IMG/VR virus record: IMGVR_UViG_3300010883_000022
Location: 1,251 to 65,250 of that record
Length of the DNA: 64,000 bases
DNA from: a virus
Taxonomy: Duplodnaviria > Caudoviricetes
Direction: 5' to 3' (one strand)
Under the pieces are notes generated by a model. It did no database searches. It was given only the letters and a program-made list of their open reading frames with translations, and had not been told where the DNA came from. Position 1 is the first letter of the stretch, and each line of letters opens with the position of its first letter. Both the position numbers and the translations under genes were made by a program. This document shows, one piece after another, positions 1-10,346 of the stretch.

Positions 1-264
1 AGTCTTCTTCAACCACGATAACTCTAAATCCTTACTCTTATCATAAATAGTATTAGCTGAACCCCATACGTTTTTCAGTGAATCTCCGCTGAAACTGGAA
101 TTCCCTAATTGAGATACTATCTGTCTATGTAGCATATCATAGAGTCGTATCTCGTTTTGCTTTTGCATCTCTGTTAATAGTACTCGCACCTTAAAATCAT
201 CACGAGTACTTCTGGGATCTATCTGGCTAAAATCAATCAAGCCTTGCGCAGCAGCTTGTATCAT
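1..264 (-). CDS. Partial ORF (MIQAAAQGLIDFSQ..., open to window edge); possible GT-type extension of the tail assembly chaperone
   Basis: ATG at 264 overlaps the upstream stop (TAATG); 88 open codons to position 1; absent from the ORF track because truncated. Confidence 0.7.
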   Translation of the reverse strand, partial: MIQAAAQGLIDFSQIDPRSTRDDFKVRVLLTEMQKQNEIRLYDMLHRQIVSQLGNSSFSGDSLKNVWGSANTIYDKSKDLELSWLKKT

Positions 265-1325
265 TAAAGCTGCTGTGCGATCCCTTTCCAAAAATCCGAA
301 TCATCTACTCTCGCCTCCAGCATCTCCACAAGGCGTTGGAACCGTTGATGCTCCAACCCTACAACCCTGCGCATTGATTCGCTAACAAGCGCGTTGTCAT
401 GTAACCAATTTTCTAGTACGGGTAACGCTGTCTGCGCGGGATCTTCGAGGCCCGGTGCGTCCCATTCTATATCCTGGACGGCTGGGACGACATGCACAAT
501 AGCCGGCGTGGATATCTGCTCTATCGACATCGCTAACCGGTAGTTCGTGAATATGCGATAAAACTCTCCTTGATCCGGTATCAACCCGTCGCGGAAGTCA
601 TACGACGTTTGCTGTAGCGCAAGATCGGCTTCTTCCGTTAGTAGCGTCCTGTATCGGACAGTTACCGATTCCCCGAATAGGTTTACGTCTTTATAGAAAC
701 GTGTACCTCCCAAGATAGACGAGAGGAAGTCCCGTTTATCCTGTATCGCGGGTTCTGGTACTTCTTTGTTGTGTAAATCCCAGCCGCAGTGTTTACACTG
801 CTTTGCGTTTTGAAGATTAGTGCCTAGGCGGTTACTTGTTGCGGCTGCCGCTGGTTGCTCGGGTGCCTGTGATGGATCATCTACAAGCTCCACACCCTCA
901 TCGGTATCTGGCTGAGACGCTATTTGCAGGGCTTCTGCTACACCTGGTGCTGCTATTTCAGGCGGTGTAATCTGCGCGGGTTGTGCTTCAGTCGTAGTGC
1001 GCAGTTCCTCAAATGCCGCGGTTAGCTCATCTTGTCGTTCTTGGGGTAAATCATCAAAATTGACCATCTCAGGTGCTGTGGCTTTTGCGCCGCTTTCCGT
1101 TAGATCAACTACGGCTTTATCCTGCTCCGCAGCTACCGCGGCCAAGTAGGTTTTCAAGTCTGGTACCGCGTCACCTTCTTGCCAGCCTGCGTTCTTAAGG
1201 AATTCAAGCTCCTCCGGCATCAACCGCATCTTCTCACCCGGGGGAAGTGGTAATTTGTTTACTGGCGCTGCTACTTCCTGTGCAGACGGCGCTGCTTTCT
1301 TTCTAAGGTCTAATTTCTTATCCAT
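264..1325 (-). CDS. Probable tail/baseplate assembly chaperone
   Basis: Start moved to MDKKL (SD GAAGGAG); acidic N-half, CKHC motif, C-terminal VTVRYRTLLTEE segment; lies downstream of tube and spike genes. Confidence 0.5.
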   Translation of the reverse strand: MDKKLDLRKKAAPSAQEVAAPVNKLPLPPGEKMRLMPEELEFLKNAGWQEGDAVPDLKTYLAAVAAEQDKAVVDLTESGAKATAPEMVNFDDLPQERQDELTAAFEELRTTTEAQPAQITPPEIAAPGVAEALQIASQPDTDEGVELVDDPSQAPEQPAAAATSNRLGTNLQNAKQCKHCGWDLHNKEVPEPAIQDKRDFLSSILGGTRFYKDVNLFGESVTVRYRTLLTEEADLALQQTSYDFRDGLIPDQGEFYRIFTNYRLAMSIEQISTPAIVHVVPAVQDIEWDAPGLEDPAQTALPVLENWLHDNALVSESMRRVVGLEHQRFQRLVEMLEARVDDSDFWKGIAQQL

Positions 1326-1365
1326 TGCATCATCTCCTTCTCGTTCCACGTGGTTAACTAGTTTT

Positions 1366-4260
1366 TTACTGGACGATAACCCTATAGTTACCATCAAGCT
1401 TTAAATTGTTTTTAGATTTATTAGGCATAAACGACCACGGTTCTTTATCCGCATCGTCTCCTCGGTAAGGCATGCCTGTCTTCTTGCCGGACATAGGGTC
1501 GTCTCGCATAACCTCAACGGTGGTCAAGTCCCCTGATCCGCTTGCTTCTACAAACCCTAGATCCGGCTGTACTAGGTTTTTGTCTTCTTTCCACGACTTT
1601 TTACCTGGGTATGGGTAAGTCACTAAGCCGTCTTCTTCTTCTTCCGCGTTGGCCTTTACAGCATTTTCTTTCCATTTTCCTGTGGAACCTCCGCCAGATA
1701 TCCGTGACATTTGTTGCCACCTATCTTCAAAGAGTACAAACTCCTCTGTTAGGTATTGCTTGTCATCTCTCAGACTTACGCCTATTTTCTTAATCGTTTC
1801 GTTGTCTCCCGGTTTTTTAGTTTCATACAGTTTGGTGGTGAAGCGCTCACTGTACTCCGACATACCCTTTGTAGCTAGCTCCGCCTGCCTATCTTCTGTA
1901 ACGGCTTGCAAACCTTCTTTTTGTTTTGTCACATCTGCCGCTTTCATCTTACCTACCATGCCGCCAGACGGGGATCCGTACCCACCGTCCAGCACAAAGT
2001 CACCGCTTTTACTAATCTTGTACCCGTTAATCATCGCGTTACCGTTGATATTACAACTAGCGCCTATAGTACACGCCGTAGGGCGGAACTCGTACGCAGA
2101 GTAGATTTGGCCAACTGTTTTTCCCGTTCCTTCGCAGAACCACCAAAAGACGGCGTCGCGGACAAAATGTTCGTGGTACCCGGCGTTCGTCTTATAGGCG
2201 CCTTTTCCTTGGTTGCAGTCCATCGTGATGTCCCCTAGGGACGACTCATCGAGTCCTGCACGTACGTAGACACTCGGTCCTATAACAACTGCTGGTGCTT
2301 TTGATGACTTAATCATTACACCGCCAGAGACTACGTCCTCGCCTAACTTAGGTGCGAAATCATACTTCTCTACGCCCCGGGATTCCATGAGTAACCCGCC
2401 TTTGCCTGAATTACCCGCAAGCAATTGCATATTCTTTTCAGCCTTAATACGTACATCTTTATCGCTCGCCGTAACATCGATGGAGTTCTTAGCTTTAATG
2501 ATCGCGTCTTGTCCCGCCCATACGTTCGTGTTACGTCCGGACTTGAGCCATATGTCGCCAGGTGCAGATAAGAATATTTGCCCGCCTGTCATGCGAAGCT
2601 CTGCGCCAAACCCGTCGGCAATGACGATACCACCATCCTCCAGGAGGTCTATTGAGGACGTATTAGGGTAATACCCGCCAACACCCTCAGGGTTATCGTC
2701 GTAACGGTGGTCTATTGTCTCTGGTTCAATGGCTTTAGGGGGCTCTAAGTATTGCTTCTTAGCTAGCGAAGAGAAATCCATCTTTGATTGGAAGCTTGCC
2801 TTATCTCCTTCTTTGAGTGGGCTGCCTGCCTCGTCTGCAGTTCCCCAATCATGTTTATGGTAGAGATATGCTTGATTGGACTCCATATTAAATGTGAAAG
2901 CGTGGGAGTCCATAACACTAGCTGCGCGTATTAAGAATACAGGCGCGCCTGAATCCGATTGGTCGAACTGCACCTTTTGCGCCCACTCTGTGGATTCTTT
3001 TAGTTCGTCACGTATTTCATGGGCGGGGATCTGCTGAGATGAGGATACGTTATTGGCCCAATCTTCTACACCCGCGAACCTATAGTTCGTTTCTGAGTCT
3101 GCGCCCTTGTCTACATCGCTAACCGTCTCAGGGCGTGCCATCCGTTTGAAGTTAGCCATTGGTACGTGCTTGGCTATGGTGATAGCCTTAGCACTGCGCA
3201 AGTTGTACCGACCTGTTAGTAATATGTCTTCCGAGAATACGAGAGGACCCAACTTGTCCGGATCTGTGCTGTACCGGTATTCACCTGTTTTGCCGTAAGG
3301 GAGTTGTACACGCCGTTGTCCGCCTTGACCTAAGTACCCTTGTACATGGGTAACACGGTGGAACGGCATTTGGTCATCGTGTACAGGTTCTCGTTCAGCG
3401 TAATACGGCGTATCTATCTGGGATTGCTCCGCAGTATTATCCTTGCTGGGTGTCGTCGCATGCCCAAATACTCCTTTATGCTCCCACGGGTAGGGTGTGA
3501 AGCCGTGGATATGCGTAAACTCACCTTGGTCGTTTAATGCTTCTAATTCTGAGCCAGCTGTTCGTATCTGTAAGTTGTTCCCTGCAAGGCGCAGCATGTT
3601 GTCGTACATGAAGGCGAAGACGCCGCATGATTCATTCACAGCCATTTGAAGCATAAACGGATCCAGGAATATCCTTAACCCTGTTTCAGTTATGTAGCCC
3701 CACTCCCCTGCGGAAGTACCATCTACAGGGCGGTCTGCGGAGAAGTCGATAACGCCTGAACCGCCTGCCATTGTTGTGGGGAATTTGTGCGCGTCGTCTA
3801 CTTTAGGACCGCAGCGGCTAGACAAGGTGATCGCGTCGCCTCGCTTTTCCCGGGCGTCTATTGCGAACGGAGGGGCGCAGCCGATGATCGTCCCGTACTC
3901 TAGCTGCGGGTGGACCATGATCCAGACATGCGAGCCTGGCACGATACTAGAGAGAGAGCGTGCTCCCGTGAATGTGTTGGAAGCCTCGCTTAAAGCCGCA
4001 CACCCTATTATTCCAATGGGTGGCTCAGCTTGAACCTTATAGAAGTGCATGGACCCAAGCGTATCCACAACAACACCTGTGACAATCTTTGTTGTTTGGT
4101 CTAGGCTTTGCGTGGTCATAGCCGCGCGGCTGAGCATGCCCGAATCTATCTTGTCATCGCCTGCTTCTGGCTTTTCTATTTGTTTATCACGAAGTTGCCG
4201 TGTAACGCGTTGAGCGCGTAACGGGTCTACCGCTCCTGCAATGAGGATTTTATCTGCCAT
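1366..4260 (-). CDS. Baseplate central spike protein (gp5/VgrG-like)
   Basis: OB-fold-like N-terminus (GVVVDT...YKVQ...VPGSHVWIM) and short-period beta-strand repeats (GQIFLSAPGDIWLKSGRNTNVWAGQDAIIKAKNSIDVTA); tail context. Confidence 0.6.
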   Translation of the reverse strand: MADKILIAGAVDPLRAQRVTRQLRDKQIEKPEAGDDKIDSGMLSRAAMTTQSLDQTTKIVTGVVVDTLGSMHFYKVQAEPPIGIIGCAALSEASNTFTGARSLSSIVPGSHVWIMVHPQLEYGTIIGCAPPFAIDAREKRGDAITLSSRCGPKVDDAHKFPTTMAGGSGVIDFSADRPVDGTSAGEWGYITETGLRIFLDPFMLQMAVNESCGVFAFMYDNMLRLAGNNLQIRTAGSELEALNDQGEFTHIHGFTPYPWEHKGVFGHATTPSKDNTAEQSQIDTPYYAEREPVHDDQMPFHRVTHVQGYLGQGGQRRVQLPYGKTGEYRYSTDPDKLGPLVFSEDILLTGRYNLRSAKAITIAKHVPMANFKRMARPETVSDVDKGADSETNYRFAGVEDWANNVSSSQQIPAHEIRDELKESTEWAQKVQFDQSDSGAPVFLIRAASVMDSHAFTFNMESNQAYLYHKHDWGTADEAGSPLKEGDKASFQSKMDFSSLAKKQYLEPPKAIEPETIDHRYDDNPEGVGGYYPNTSSIDLLEDGGIVIADGFGAELRMTGGQIFLSAPGDIWLKSGRNTNVWAGQDAIIKAKNSIDVTASDKDVRIKAEKNMQLLAGNSGKGGLLMESRGVEKYDFAPKLGEDVVSGGVMIKSSKAPAVVIGPSVYVRAGLDESSLGDITMDCNQGKGAYKTNAGYHEHFVRDAVFWWFCEGTGKTVGQIYSAYEFRPTACTIGASCNINGNAMINGYKISKSGDFVLDGGYGSPSGGMVGKMKAADVTKQKEGLQAVTEDRQAELATKGMSEYSERFTTKLYETKKPGDNETIKKIGVSLRDDKQYLTEEFVLFEDRWQQMSRISGGGSTGKWKENAVKANAEEEEDGLVTYPYPGKKSWKEDKNLVQPDLGFVEASGSGDLTTVEVMRDDPMSGKKTGMPYRGDDADKEPWSFMPNKSKNNLKLDGNYRVIVQ

Positions 4261-4301
4261 ATTGTGGCACCTTCCGGCGAGGTTATGGGCATAAAGCCCC
4301 A

Positions 4302-4333
4302 GTACCGGAGGCGTACCATAACGCCTCCAGTAC
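4302..4333. other. Intergenic hairpin between tube and spike genes
   Basis: GTAC-C-GGAGGCGT...ACGCCTCC-A-GTAC inverted repeat; no clear U-tract. Confidence 0.5.
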
Positions 4334-4370
4334 CAGAATACCGTTTAACGAAGTATACGTTATGACTTAA

Positions 4371-4853
4371 TTAAGAGTAAGACAAGGCTACAAACATTAA
4401 CTGAACTTGTTCGTTAATGATCATATCTTGCGCTTGCACTGTAAAGCCCATAGACGTAATGACTGCGTTATGGATAGTAAAGCCAGCTTTCGCAAAATTA
4501 GAACTGGCACCGCTATCGCAACCAGCTTCTAACGAGAAGTTGATGGTGTTGTCTGCAGCTTTACAGACATCCCCGAACTTCTTGTAGAAACCAATCTGTA
4601 ATGCTCGTGGACCAAAGACACGGCCTAACGTGGCTTGACCCTGTGTTCTCCCACCTACGTAGTAAGTGTTCTGAGAACCAATTTCAAATAAACGGGTAAT
4701 TTGCTGCGAGTAGTTCACAGACAGGTTTTGTGTTAGTAAGCCAACACCCCCTGCTTGTAGATCTCCCCCACCAGCAAAAACAACTTTAGCGGAATCAGCT
4801 GAAAACGACCCTTTGAAGTCGTGTCCTCCGCGTGAAAATACATCAGTAGGCAT
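4371..4853 (-). CDS. Tail tube protein
   Basis: Start MPTDVF after GGAGG; directly follows sheath; QNLSVNYSQQITRLFEIGS and NAVITSMGFTVQAQDMIINEQV are tube-like. Confidence 0.75.
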   Translation of the reverse strand: MPTDVFSRGGHDFKGSFSADSAKVVFAGGGDLQAGGVGLLTQNLSVNYSQQITRLFEIGSQNTYYVGGRTQGQATLGRVFGPRALQIGFYKKFGDVCKAADNTINFSLEAGCDSGASSNFAKAGFTIHNAVITSMGFTVQAQDMIINEQVQLMFVALSYS

Positions 4854-4921
4854 AAGTAAAACCTCCATGTTTAAAGCACAAATTGCCAAGCCTGCGCCAG
4901 GTTGTCGGTATAAAAACCGGT

Positions 4922-4951
4922 AAAAGGTAGCCGCCTATTGAGACGGCTACC
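4922..4951 (-). terminator. Rho-independent terminator after sheath gene
   Basis: GGTAGCCGTCT-CAAT-AGGCGGCTACC followed by TTTT on minus strand. Confidence 0.65.
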
Positions 4952-4970
4952 CGGCACCAAATAATGATAA

Positions 4971-7694
4971 TTAAACTACCAAGTGAACTTCGATATTGTT
5001 CATCGGGTACGGGATCTCAAGTTCGAGTACAATCACGACACGATCTTTCAATAAGGCGTGCTGCCTTAATTGAGTGATCACGCCATCAATGAGCTGGCCT
5101 CCAAGCGTGTCCGTAAATCCGTTGGCTTTCAAGAAGTCAATTGACGCGGTTACCTCTACAGAGAGAATATCCAACGCAGACGGTGTAACATTGGAACGCC
5201 CAATGTACGGTGAAAGCCGGTTAAGGAACAAGTACGACATCGAGTCTACATTACGAACGACTTGCTCTTCTCTACGGTTCAAGTCAGTCGAATCCGTGGT
5301 CAGCGCATGTCGCGTAAGAATGTTGCCCTCGTCATCTTGGGTAACAATCCAAACGCCACTATTAGCCATAATGTTCAACTGATCCCCGTTAAAGAGGTCC
5401 CGTGAACGAGATGCATCGTCGAAGCCGGATATCTGGATGTTTGTCAGGCCCTGGTGCGGCACGACGCCACTCGAGAGACCCGCCAAAGCTGCGGCCAAGT
5501 AGAACCCGTCCGCCAACTCTCCGCCCTGGTTAATGTTATCCGGCCACACAGCGCGGACCCGACGATTACCCCAAGCGCCTGCATTCAATGCAATTGCTGC
5601 GGCTAGCTCGTCTTTGTCCCGCGTATGGCGGATCTCAACCCGCTCAGCGTCCGTAATCGTTCCGGCATGGGCTGTCGTAAGGATTAAAGAGTCATCGCCG
5701 AGAACGCTATCAACGACAAACTCAGTATAAGTCTCGTTGCCATGCCCGTCTTCGTCGAAGAGATACCGAACGATATCCCCCGGCTCCGTACGGTTCGCTG
5801 CGCTGTCGAGGTCGACATTTGCACTGGTGACTACGAGCTTGGAGTACTGAGTTCCAGCAGTGGCCGGATCATCAATCAGCGTCGCCAAAACTACCGCACT
5901 ATCAGACGAAGTAGCAGCTCCGGCAACTTCAATGGCGTCATCCGCGTCAGCAACGGTCCACATAACACGCCAGCGACCAGCTGTTGCACTGGACTGGCTA
6001 TTTACGTGACCTTCAACCAAGTCCAAGACGGTCTTGTTGTGAGTCAGCGGAACCAGGCCGTACACATCATCGCGACCAACACCAAGAGCCAACGCCTCGG
6101 CCCATTCGTCGTTGTCGCTAGGGTCTGAAACTGCAGTGTACTTAACCCAAGTACCATTGGAGTTGGACAACGCCTTGTAGACGCCCCACTTCAATGGATT
6201 GTCCGGGTCTAATGGCCCGTCCATTCCATCAATGTCTGCAGTATCTTGCAGAGCCGCAATTGCGCCGACCTTGGTCGACAACCATTCACGATACTCCACA
6301 AAAACATCACCCTGCGTGACATCCAGTGCTACCAGATCACCGCCACTATCTACCCAGTCAGCATCATAAGCGTCGATTGCGCTGTTGATGGTGACCTGAG
6401 AAGCGGTTGTGGACCAGTTATCCACACCGGCGGCACTAAGGCGATTAAACGGAACCTCGATGTCCTTCTTGATGGAAAGCCAGAGGTCTACGTTAGTAGC
6501 GGCCGCCAGCGTGGCATTCATTGAATGCGCCATCTCCAGGATATTAAAGTCACCATCTGCCGCAGCAGTAGCTGCAAAGCGGAACTTATCGCCCTTAAAC
6601 AGGCCAGTCGCGTGGTCGAACTCGATAGTAAGCCCGAAGTTTCCAATTGAAACAGGTGTCGCTGTAGCGGACACCGCGCTCGGACCCGAGGCATCGACAC
6701 CGTTGGTGGTTGTCACCTGGATCTTAGCGTCAGTTCCGTATAAAGCACCTTCAACTACCTCAATAATGTAGGTAGTGTCTTTCGTGCCGGTATACGTCCC
6801 AGCAGCCGTGCCAAGGTTGGCCGTGGTAGTCTGGTCAATCGTCCAAGTGAAAACATCCCCAACTTCCAGGTTCTTGTCGCTACCGAACTCAGTAAACGCA
6901 AGCGTGAGCCCGCGCACTCCGACTGCTTTGGACACGCCAGTAAGGGCGGGCACAAAATTAAGGTGGTCGTCGTCACCGGAGCCAGAAACAATGTCCACAA
7001 TAGCTGTGGAAAAGACCGTGCCCGTTGACCCCTGGGTAACGGTAAGGGTGTACGTATCTGTTTGCACACCGGTCTCAAAGATCTTATAGCTACTCTCATC
7101 TACCCCTAAGGTTGACGAGGTGACATTACTACCGCCTGCAGCGCCCGCCGTTGTTGCCGCTCCAGCCGCTGTAGCGACATTAGCAGCATCTTCGGTGGCG
7201 TTTGTCACAATAGATGCGCCAACCTGGGTTGCGAGAACATTCTTAACGTAGGTGTTAAGCGTTTCTCCCGCACCTTTTACTTTGACACGGTCCCCGGCCT
7301 TCACGTCGCGCAAAATCGCAGCCGTTCTGGCGTAGGCACCGTTATCTTTAAAGTTAGTCGCGCTAGACGAAATGCGATTCGCATAACTAGCGACCGGCGC
7401 AACTGTCGCGGCACCTTCAAGCTCCGCATGGAACTGAAGATACGCATCGTCAATAAAGACTTTGACGTAGCTAATGTCTATGACAGACCCCGTATCTTTA
7501 TCCGGCCAATTGTAAGCCGTATTCGAGTCTTTGTCGTAAGCGCCGATATCAATATCTAGTTTCTCATCAGCGTCCGCGTATCGGTGGAGATCGGCGTGTC
7601 CTCCAATAATAAACGCACGTAATGGATTTGTCAGTTCGGCTGGGATCAGGTTGAATTCCTGGAAGACCAGCGCTTGTGGTAATACGTAAGCCAT
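4971..7694 (-). CDS. Contractile tail sheath protein
   Basis: 907 aa; sheath-type C-terminus (REEQVVRNVD...DRVVIVLELEIPYPMNNIEVHL); upstream of tube; long Thr/Ala-rich inserted domains. Confidence 0.85.
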   Translation of the reverse strand: MAYVLPQALVFQEFNLIPAELTNPLRAFIIGGHADLHRYADADEKLDIDIGAYDKDSNTAYNWPDKDTGSVIDISYVKVFIDDAYLQFHAELEGAATVAPVASYANRISSSATNFKDNGAYARTAAILRDVKAGDRVKVKGAGETLNTYVKNVLATQVGASIVTNATEDAANVATAAGAATTAGAAGGSNVTSSTLGVDESSYKIFETGVQTDTYTLTVTQGSTGTVFSTAIVDIVSGSGDDDHLNFVPALTGVSKAVGVRGLTLAFTEFGSDKNLEVGDVFTWTIDQTTTANLGTAAGTYTGTKDTTYIIEVVEGALYGTDAKIQVTTTNGVDASGPSAVSATATPVSIGNFGLTIEFDHATGLFKGDKFRFAATAAADGDFNILEMAHSMNATLAAATNVDLWLSIKKDIEVPFNRLSAAGVDNWSTTASQVTINSAIDAYDADWVDSGGDLVALDVTQGDVFVEYREWLSTKVGAIAALQDTADIDGMDGPLDPDNPLKWGVYKALSNSNGTWVKYTAVSDPSDNDEWAEALALGVGRDDVYGLVPLTHNKTVLDLVEGHVNSQSSATAGRWRVMWTVADADDAIEVAGAATSSDSAVVLATLIDDPATAGTQYSKLVVTSANVDLDSAANRTEPGDIVRYLFDEDGHGNETYTEFVVDSVLGDDSLILTTAHAGTITDAERVEIRHTRDKDELAAAIALNAGAWGNRRVRAVWPDNINQGGELADGFYLAAALAGLSSGVVPHQGLTNIQISGFDDASRSRDLFNGDQLNIMANSGVWIVTQDDEGNILTRHALTTDSTDLNRREEQVVRNVDSMSYLFLNRLSPYIGRSNVTPSALDILSVEVTASIDFLKANGFTDTLGGQLIDGVITQLRQHALLKDRVVIVLELEIPYPMNNIEVHLVV

Positions 7695-7728
7695 TTTTTA
7701 TGCCTCCGTGCTAGCTTAAATTATGTGA

Positions 7729-8355
7729 TCATGGTTCGAACGTTTGTAATACTACACGCTTGAGCTTAGGAGCATGGGGTTTAATCGTCCATGTCTCCTC
7801 GTGGGCGTAACTAATTGTTACTGGAACAACATAATGTGTCACTGATTCCTCTAACCCACTAAGCGGCCCAATTTCGGCTACGGCGAACCGATGTAAGTCG
7901 AGCTCCCGGCGGATGTATGAGGAAAAAGACACCAGGTGCCTGTAAACCTCAGCCGCCAACTTCTCACATTCTGCTCCTGCCCGCGCTAGGCAGAATATCG
8001 TGTGAGAACCAGACATAAACGTGGCATAGTGATCGTATCCATCAGGAGAAGGAATCCCCATGATTTGATCGTTAATTCCACGTCGTTCTACTCGCCACCC
8101 GTTTCGCTTAATAATAAGCGCTGGGCGGGAACCCGCTTGGTCTGGGTTCCACCGAGTAATGCTTTCAATCAGGATAGTACTACTAGCGCCTGACGTCCAA
8201 AGGTAATCTTCAAGACTGCGATCCTCAATTTGATCCTTTTCGGCAAAATGTTCCATGAACAATTGCCTTAAAAACCCCGTCATAAGAAGTGGGCGCATTC
8301 CCAATGAACAAAGAGAGCTTGCGCGCTCAACTCTAACTTCCGGAGATGTCGGCAT
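7729..8355 (-). CDS. Putative tail terminator/neck protein
   Basis: Start MPTSPE after GGAGG; position just upstream of sheath; RPALIIKR...YVVPVTISY pattern. Confidence 0.55.
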   Translation of the reverse strand: MPTSPEVRVERASSLCSLGMRPLLMTGFLRQLFMEHFAEKDQIEDRSLEDYLWTSGASSTILIESITRWNPDQAGSRPALIIKRNGWRVERRGINDQIMGIPSPDGYDHYATFMSGSHTIFCLARAGAECEKLAAEVYRHLVSFSSYIRRELDLHRFAVAEIGPLSGLEESVTHYVVPVTISYAHEETWTIKPHAPKLKRVVLQTFEP

Positions 8356-8644
8356 CCGTGCCTCCGTGAGGAATCTCAGTACTCTTAACGTTACCTGGTT
8401 GCTTAGTAAACCTGACAACATCATCATCAGGTTCATCGTGCAAGGAAACTGTGCTCCTCATACGTATTTTAGGTAACAGGCTCGGCAAGGTGCTTTCTTG
8501 CCCTGGTTTTTTCTGTTTCGGGACCACGGGTTTATTCCGCCGGGGTTCCTGGTGCGGTAATTCCGCTTCTAAATCATCGGGTATCCATGGCATCTTTACA
8601 CCTAGCCTCATCTCTAAGGATACTACGGCATACCGGTTGTTCAC
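8333..8644 (-). CDS. Hypothetical protein
   Basis: Fills the gap in the neck cluster; start uncertain. Confidence 0.45.
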   Translation of the reverse strand: MNNRYAVVSLEMRLGVKMPWIPDDLEAELPHQEPRRNKPVVPKQKKPGQESTLPSLLPKIRMRSTVSLHDEPDDDVVRFTKQPGNVKSTEIPHGGTDADISGS

Positions 8645-8653
8645 AACCTATTT

Positions 8654-9466
8654 TTATGTAATTGTTACTTCATAAATGGGATCGTTAAACGCGGCTGGGC
8701 GTAATTCCACATTTACAATGATAGGAACACCCCGAATCTCTGCTGCATGCTGCACAGAATGTATGAAATAACGTTTATCAGATGTAGCGTCCACCCACAC
8801 ATCCTTCGTGTTTAATTGTGGAAATGCAACTGTGCGCCCAGATATTCTAACATCGTTAATGGTACCACGGTTTTGTAAGTCTGTCTTAATATGGTGTGTT
8901 TCAGGAGCAAGATCCATAAACATAGCGAGCGGACTGTAATAACCACCAACTTTAGATGTGCCCTTACCATCTGTATCAATTGTTTTAACAACCTCGCCAG
9001 TCAACGGATCAATAACTTGATGATCATCAATTGTTGTGCCCTCTTGCCATTTACGCTTTAGAAAAAACCCGTTAGGCGCCGCCTTCTTCTCGAGCCGCAA
9101 AAGTTCTTTTCGAATAATCGACTTAGCAAGCAACCAATCTCGCTGTGATAGCAATCCGTATGTTGCTACAGGCTGAGACAAATATGTACCACCGGACGTG
9201 GTCAGCTTGACCCGATAATGTGTCGTTAATCGCTTACCGTACACACGTTTCGTGCTGTCTACCGCAAAAAATGTGTCCACAATTGCCGCACCCACGTCTG
9301 CCCAATCACCCGCCGTGCCAACACCTGTGGCCCCTACTTGAAGCTGAAATGTATGCGGGGTCGCATCGGTAAAGGTTTTCTGCAGCTCCCAAGATACCCG
9401 GGAACCACCGCCTACGAGATGGTCGACGCTAACACGATTAAAAACTGCATCTCTAGTAGTTGGCAT
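8654..9466 (-). CDS. Putative head closure/neck protein
   Basis: SD GGAGG; C-terminal FPQLNTKDVWVDATSDKRYFIHSV beta-barrel-like segment; synteny. Confidence 0.55.
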   Translation of the reverse strand: MPTTRDAVFNRVSVDHLVGGGSRVSWELQKTFTDATPHTFQLQVGATGVGTAGDWADVGAAIVDTFFAVDSTKRVYGKRLTTHYRVKLTTSGGTYLSQPVATYGLLSQRDWLLAKSIIRKELLRLEKKAAPNGFFLKRKWQEGTTIDDHQVIDPLTGEVVKTIDTDGKGTSKVGGYYSPLAMFMDLAPETHHIKTDLQNRGTINDVRISGRTVAFPQLNTKDVWVDATSDKRYFIHSVQHAAEIRGVPIIVNVELRPAAFNDPIYEVTIT

Positions 9467-9469
9467 ATA

Positions 9470-10327
9470 CTACCCTCCGTAGTTATATGGGGAATCAAGT
9501 CCGCCGTACCCTGCACTTAGATTAAGCGACACCTTCTTTGTGCGTGCAAACTGTTCCCACTCTTGTTTCATCTGCGCAGCTTTTTGTTCATAGTCGTTGG
9601 CTTTGTTCTTATCGTCGATCTGCATCCCGCCTGCGCTGTATTGAAGACGATTACGCCTGTAGTGCTCAGCAGCTATGGAGAATAGGTTTGCGCAAATTGC
9701 GATTAACCAGTGATACCGCCAGGGAAATGTCTGCGATGAATACGTGTTATTCAAAGGCGGCAAGATCTCATTCCAGAAACGCACCGGTAAAGTAATTGCC
9801 GCTGCAATCTCACTCATATCAAAGTCAACCGTGTCTAGTAATTCGTTCTCTTGCGAGTAATCACGTAAGAATAAACGAATCTCAGCTAGTGATGGCGGCC
9901 CTATAGAGTCGCTTAAAGACCCGAATAGACCCTCATCAACAACAACCCACAGCGTATTAGAAAATAGCATGCGGGCGCTGGCATCCAGGACGGCAAACTC
10001 GCCTATGTAAATACCAGGGGTATCCTTAACGGCGGCCGGTATTTCACAGCGAATCTCGCCGTCTGCTGCTGTTGTAACCGTACAGTCTGCCGTAGGCACA
10101 CTTGCCGCGCTGGTGATTGTCACCGCATCTTTGAACTTAGCTTTAACAGTGGTCGATGAGTAATCAGCGTGGCTGAGATCAACCGGGTTTCCGGCATTAT
10201 CGTGCAGCGTAACGTCAGCAAAAGCATACTGACCTGATTTAGTAGCAAGCACACGGCGCTTCAGCGGAACTGCAGCACCGCCAAAGTGATTAACGCCTCC
10301 TTGATCTGCGATATCGTTAAGGGCCAT
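9470..10327 (-). CDS. Putative head-tail adaptor with N-terminal Ig/BppU-like domain
   Basis: DNAGNPVDLS...TPGIYIGEF domain, then helical EIRLFLRD...YSAGGMQIDDKNK adaptor-like domain. Confidence 0.55.
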   Translation of the reverse strand: MALNDIADQGGVNHFGGAAVPLKRRVLATKSGQYAFADVTLHDNAGNPVDLSHADYSSTTVKAKFKDAVTITSAASVPTADCTVTTAADGEIRCEIPAAVKDTPGIYIGEFAVLDASARMLFSNTLWVVVDEGLFGSLSDSIGPPSLAEIRLFLRDYSQENELLDTVDFDMSEIAAAITLPVRFWNEILPPLNNTYSSQTFPWRYHWLIAICANLFSIAAEHYRRNRLQYSAGGMQIDDKNKANDYEQKAAQMKQEWEQFARTKKVSLNLSAGYGGLDSPYNYGG

Positions 10328-10346
10328 CCGTGGTCCTCCTTAGGTA

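Noticed and set aside
1366-7694. T6SS, eCIS or tailocin rather than phage
   Set aside because: Capsid, protease and neck genes are contiguous with the tail genes
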